IMG/VR virus record: IMGVR_UViG_3300008255_000397 | Span: 1-27,461 of that record | Origin: a virus | Taxonomy: Duplodnaviria; Caudoviricetes | DNA length: 27,461 nt | Strand: one strand, 5' to 3' | Shown: positions 26,291-27,461 of the stretch, piece after piece | Position numbering within the stretch: position 1 is the first letter of the stretch | Layout: the number at the start of each line of letters is the position of its first letter | Notes under the pieces: generated by a model | The model's database searches: none | The model's input: only the letters and a program-made list of their open reading frames with translations | What the model was told of the DNA's origin: nothing | Position numbers and translations under genes: made by a program

Positions 26291-26833
26291 TTAATCTCCG
26301 TTTTCGTTTAATTCGATTGATTTTACTGATGTCCCAATAGACTTCAAATTGTCTGGCAACATTTCATATCTTTTGTGTTGCTCACTTCTAACTCTAAATG
26401 AACGCATAATATTACTAGATACAACAGTGTTTACTTGACTACTATCCATTTGAGAATATTCTCTCAATAATTCAGGTGTAACAAGCTGTTTTAATAGACT
26501 AGGCAAATTATTCCATTCTTCAACTGAATTATAACCACTATTACATATCGCTTTATGAAGAACATTCCATGCTTCTTGTTCTGTGAGTTCTACTTTATGC
26601 GTCAATTCATAAATTTTTTGTTTAATAACTGCTATATTTGGTGGGAATGGATTTGGGTCTGTTTGGATTATGGCTTTGACTATGTTTGCAACTAAATCAG
26701 CATTGTCGTTTTGAAATGATTCATACCATAAATTTACCATAACTTTTAATTTTTCATCATCTAGTTTTGTTACCCAATTAGGATATGCAATTTCTAATAT
26801 AGCCATTATTTTTTTAACTTCGTTTTTTTCCAT
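26291..26833 (-). CDS. Replicative helicase loader/inhibitor (SPP1 G39P-like)
   Basis: EVKKIMAILEIAYPN, LWYE, FPPNIAVIK and EAW motifs. Directly follows the initiator. Confidence 0.75.
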   Translation of the reverse strand: MEKNEVKKIMAILEIAYPNWVTKLDDEKLKVMVNLWYESFQNDNADLVANIVKAIIQTDPNPFPPNIAVIKQKIYELTHKVELTEQEAWNVLHKAICNSGYNSVEEWNNLPSLLKQLVTPELLREYSQMDSSQVNTVVSSNIMRSFRVRSEQHKRYEMLPDNLKSIGTSVKSIELNENGD

Positions 26834-26837
26834 TTTA

Positions 26838-27461
26838 TTACTCCATTTCTTCTTCTATTAAATCTAAGAATCTACTACCTGTTTTATTTTTCTTTTTAAT
26901 CGTATTCAAGTAACTTTCAAACTTGTTACCAAATAATGTTTGTGGTCTAATGTAGTCAATCATCTTTTCATCACTAAGCCACTTTTCACATTGATTGTCT
27001 ATAACTCTGTAAAAATCATCTATAAGAAAGCTTTCATTTAATCGTGCATCAATTAATTTTTTAGTTTGTATTGATAACCTGAATTTTTTCCCACTTTTTT
27101 CATTAAGATAATTTACTACATCTTTATATTTACTATCTTTAATACTTAATGAAGAAGATAAAGAATTAAGATTATTAGATATAGATATTATATCTGTACC
27201 TTGACAGTCAATGACTTGTCCTTGACTATGTCCTTGACATATTTCTAATGCTAGTAGTTTTTGTCTTTTTCTTTGCTCTCGTTTCTTTTCGTTATTATAT
27301 TCTCGTATACTTTCAATCTTGTTTGCACTTTGGTATTTCTCCCAATTACTTATTAAAATAAAATCATTTACAATTTCTAACATACCAAACTTAATAAATG
27401 TATTTAATGCTAATCGTATTATACCGATATTCCTATCAAATTCTATTGCTAACATTTCATC
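26838..27461 (-). CDS. Phage replisome organizer/replication initiator (5' end outside window)
   Basis: EMLAIEF..IRLALNTF..GMLEI..ISNWEKYQ matches the end of the Phage_rep_org_N-type domain. YLNEKSGKKF..ARLNE..RPQTLFGNKFESYLN matches the conserved phage C-terminal domain. The frame is open to the right edge. Confidence 0.85.
   Translation of the reverse strand, partial: DEMLAIEFDRNIGIIRLALNTFIKFGMLEIVNDFILISNWEKYQSANKIESIREYNNEKKREQRKRQKLLALEICQGHSQGQVIDCQGTDIISISNNLNSLSSSLSIKDSKYKDVVNYLNEKSGKKFRLSIQTKKLIDARLNESFLIDDFYRVIDNQCEKWLSDEKMIDYIRPQTLFGNKFESYLNTIKKKNKTGSRFLDLIEEEME
27195..27239. repeat. Iteron-like repeats, putative replication origin
   Basis: TGTACCTTGAC (27195), GTCAATGAC (27207), TGTCCTTGAC (27217, 27229) next to an AT-rich stretch in the interdomain linker of the initiator gene. 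Confidence 0.6.

Overview
This window is part of a low-GC tailed phage or prophage genome with P22/T7-like podovirus architecture. The sigma-A-type promoters, strong GGAG RBSs and replication genes point to a Bacillota host. On the minus strand, from the right edge, lie a replisome organizer (5'-truncated, with internal iterons), a G39P-like helicase loader/inhibitor, ssb and an HTH protein. A convergent plus-strand operon of nine small accessory genes follows. The morphogenesis module then runs on the minus strand: terS, terL, a small membrane protein, portal, scaffold, major capsid with a fused Ig-like domain, a 40-aa basic peptide missing from the ORF track, adaptor, nozzle, tail fibre, Gly-rich fibre partner, a 111-aa partner and a coiled-coil ejection protein. 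The main feature is absent from the ORF track because it has no stop inside the window: a giant ORF starting at 9163 (minus strand) and running off the left edge (at least 3054 codons). Manual translation of sampled segments shows a polyvalent internal-virion protein with a hydrophobic N-terminal region, an HExxH metallopeptidase, a DarT-like ART-fold domain, four ART-PolyVal-like repeats (two catalytically degenerate), an RISDH domain and a conserved C-terminal core. A repeated D-x-Q-F-Q motif marks most module boundaries, suggesting a self-processing injected effector polyprotein. No integrase, lysis genes, RNA genes or CRISPR array were seen. Domain names come from motif recognition, not database searches.
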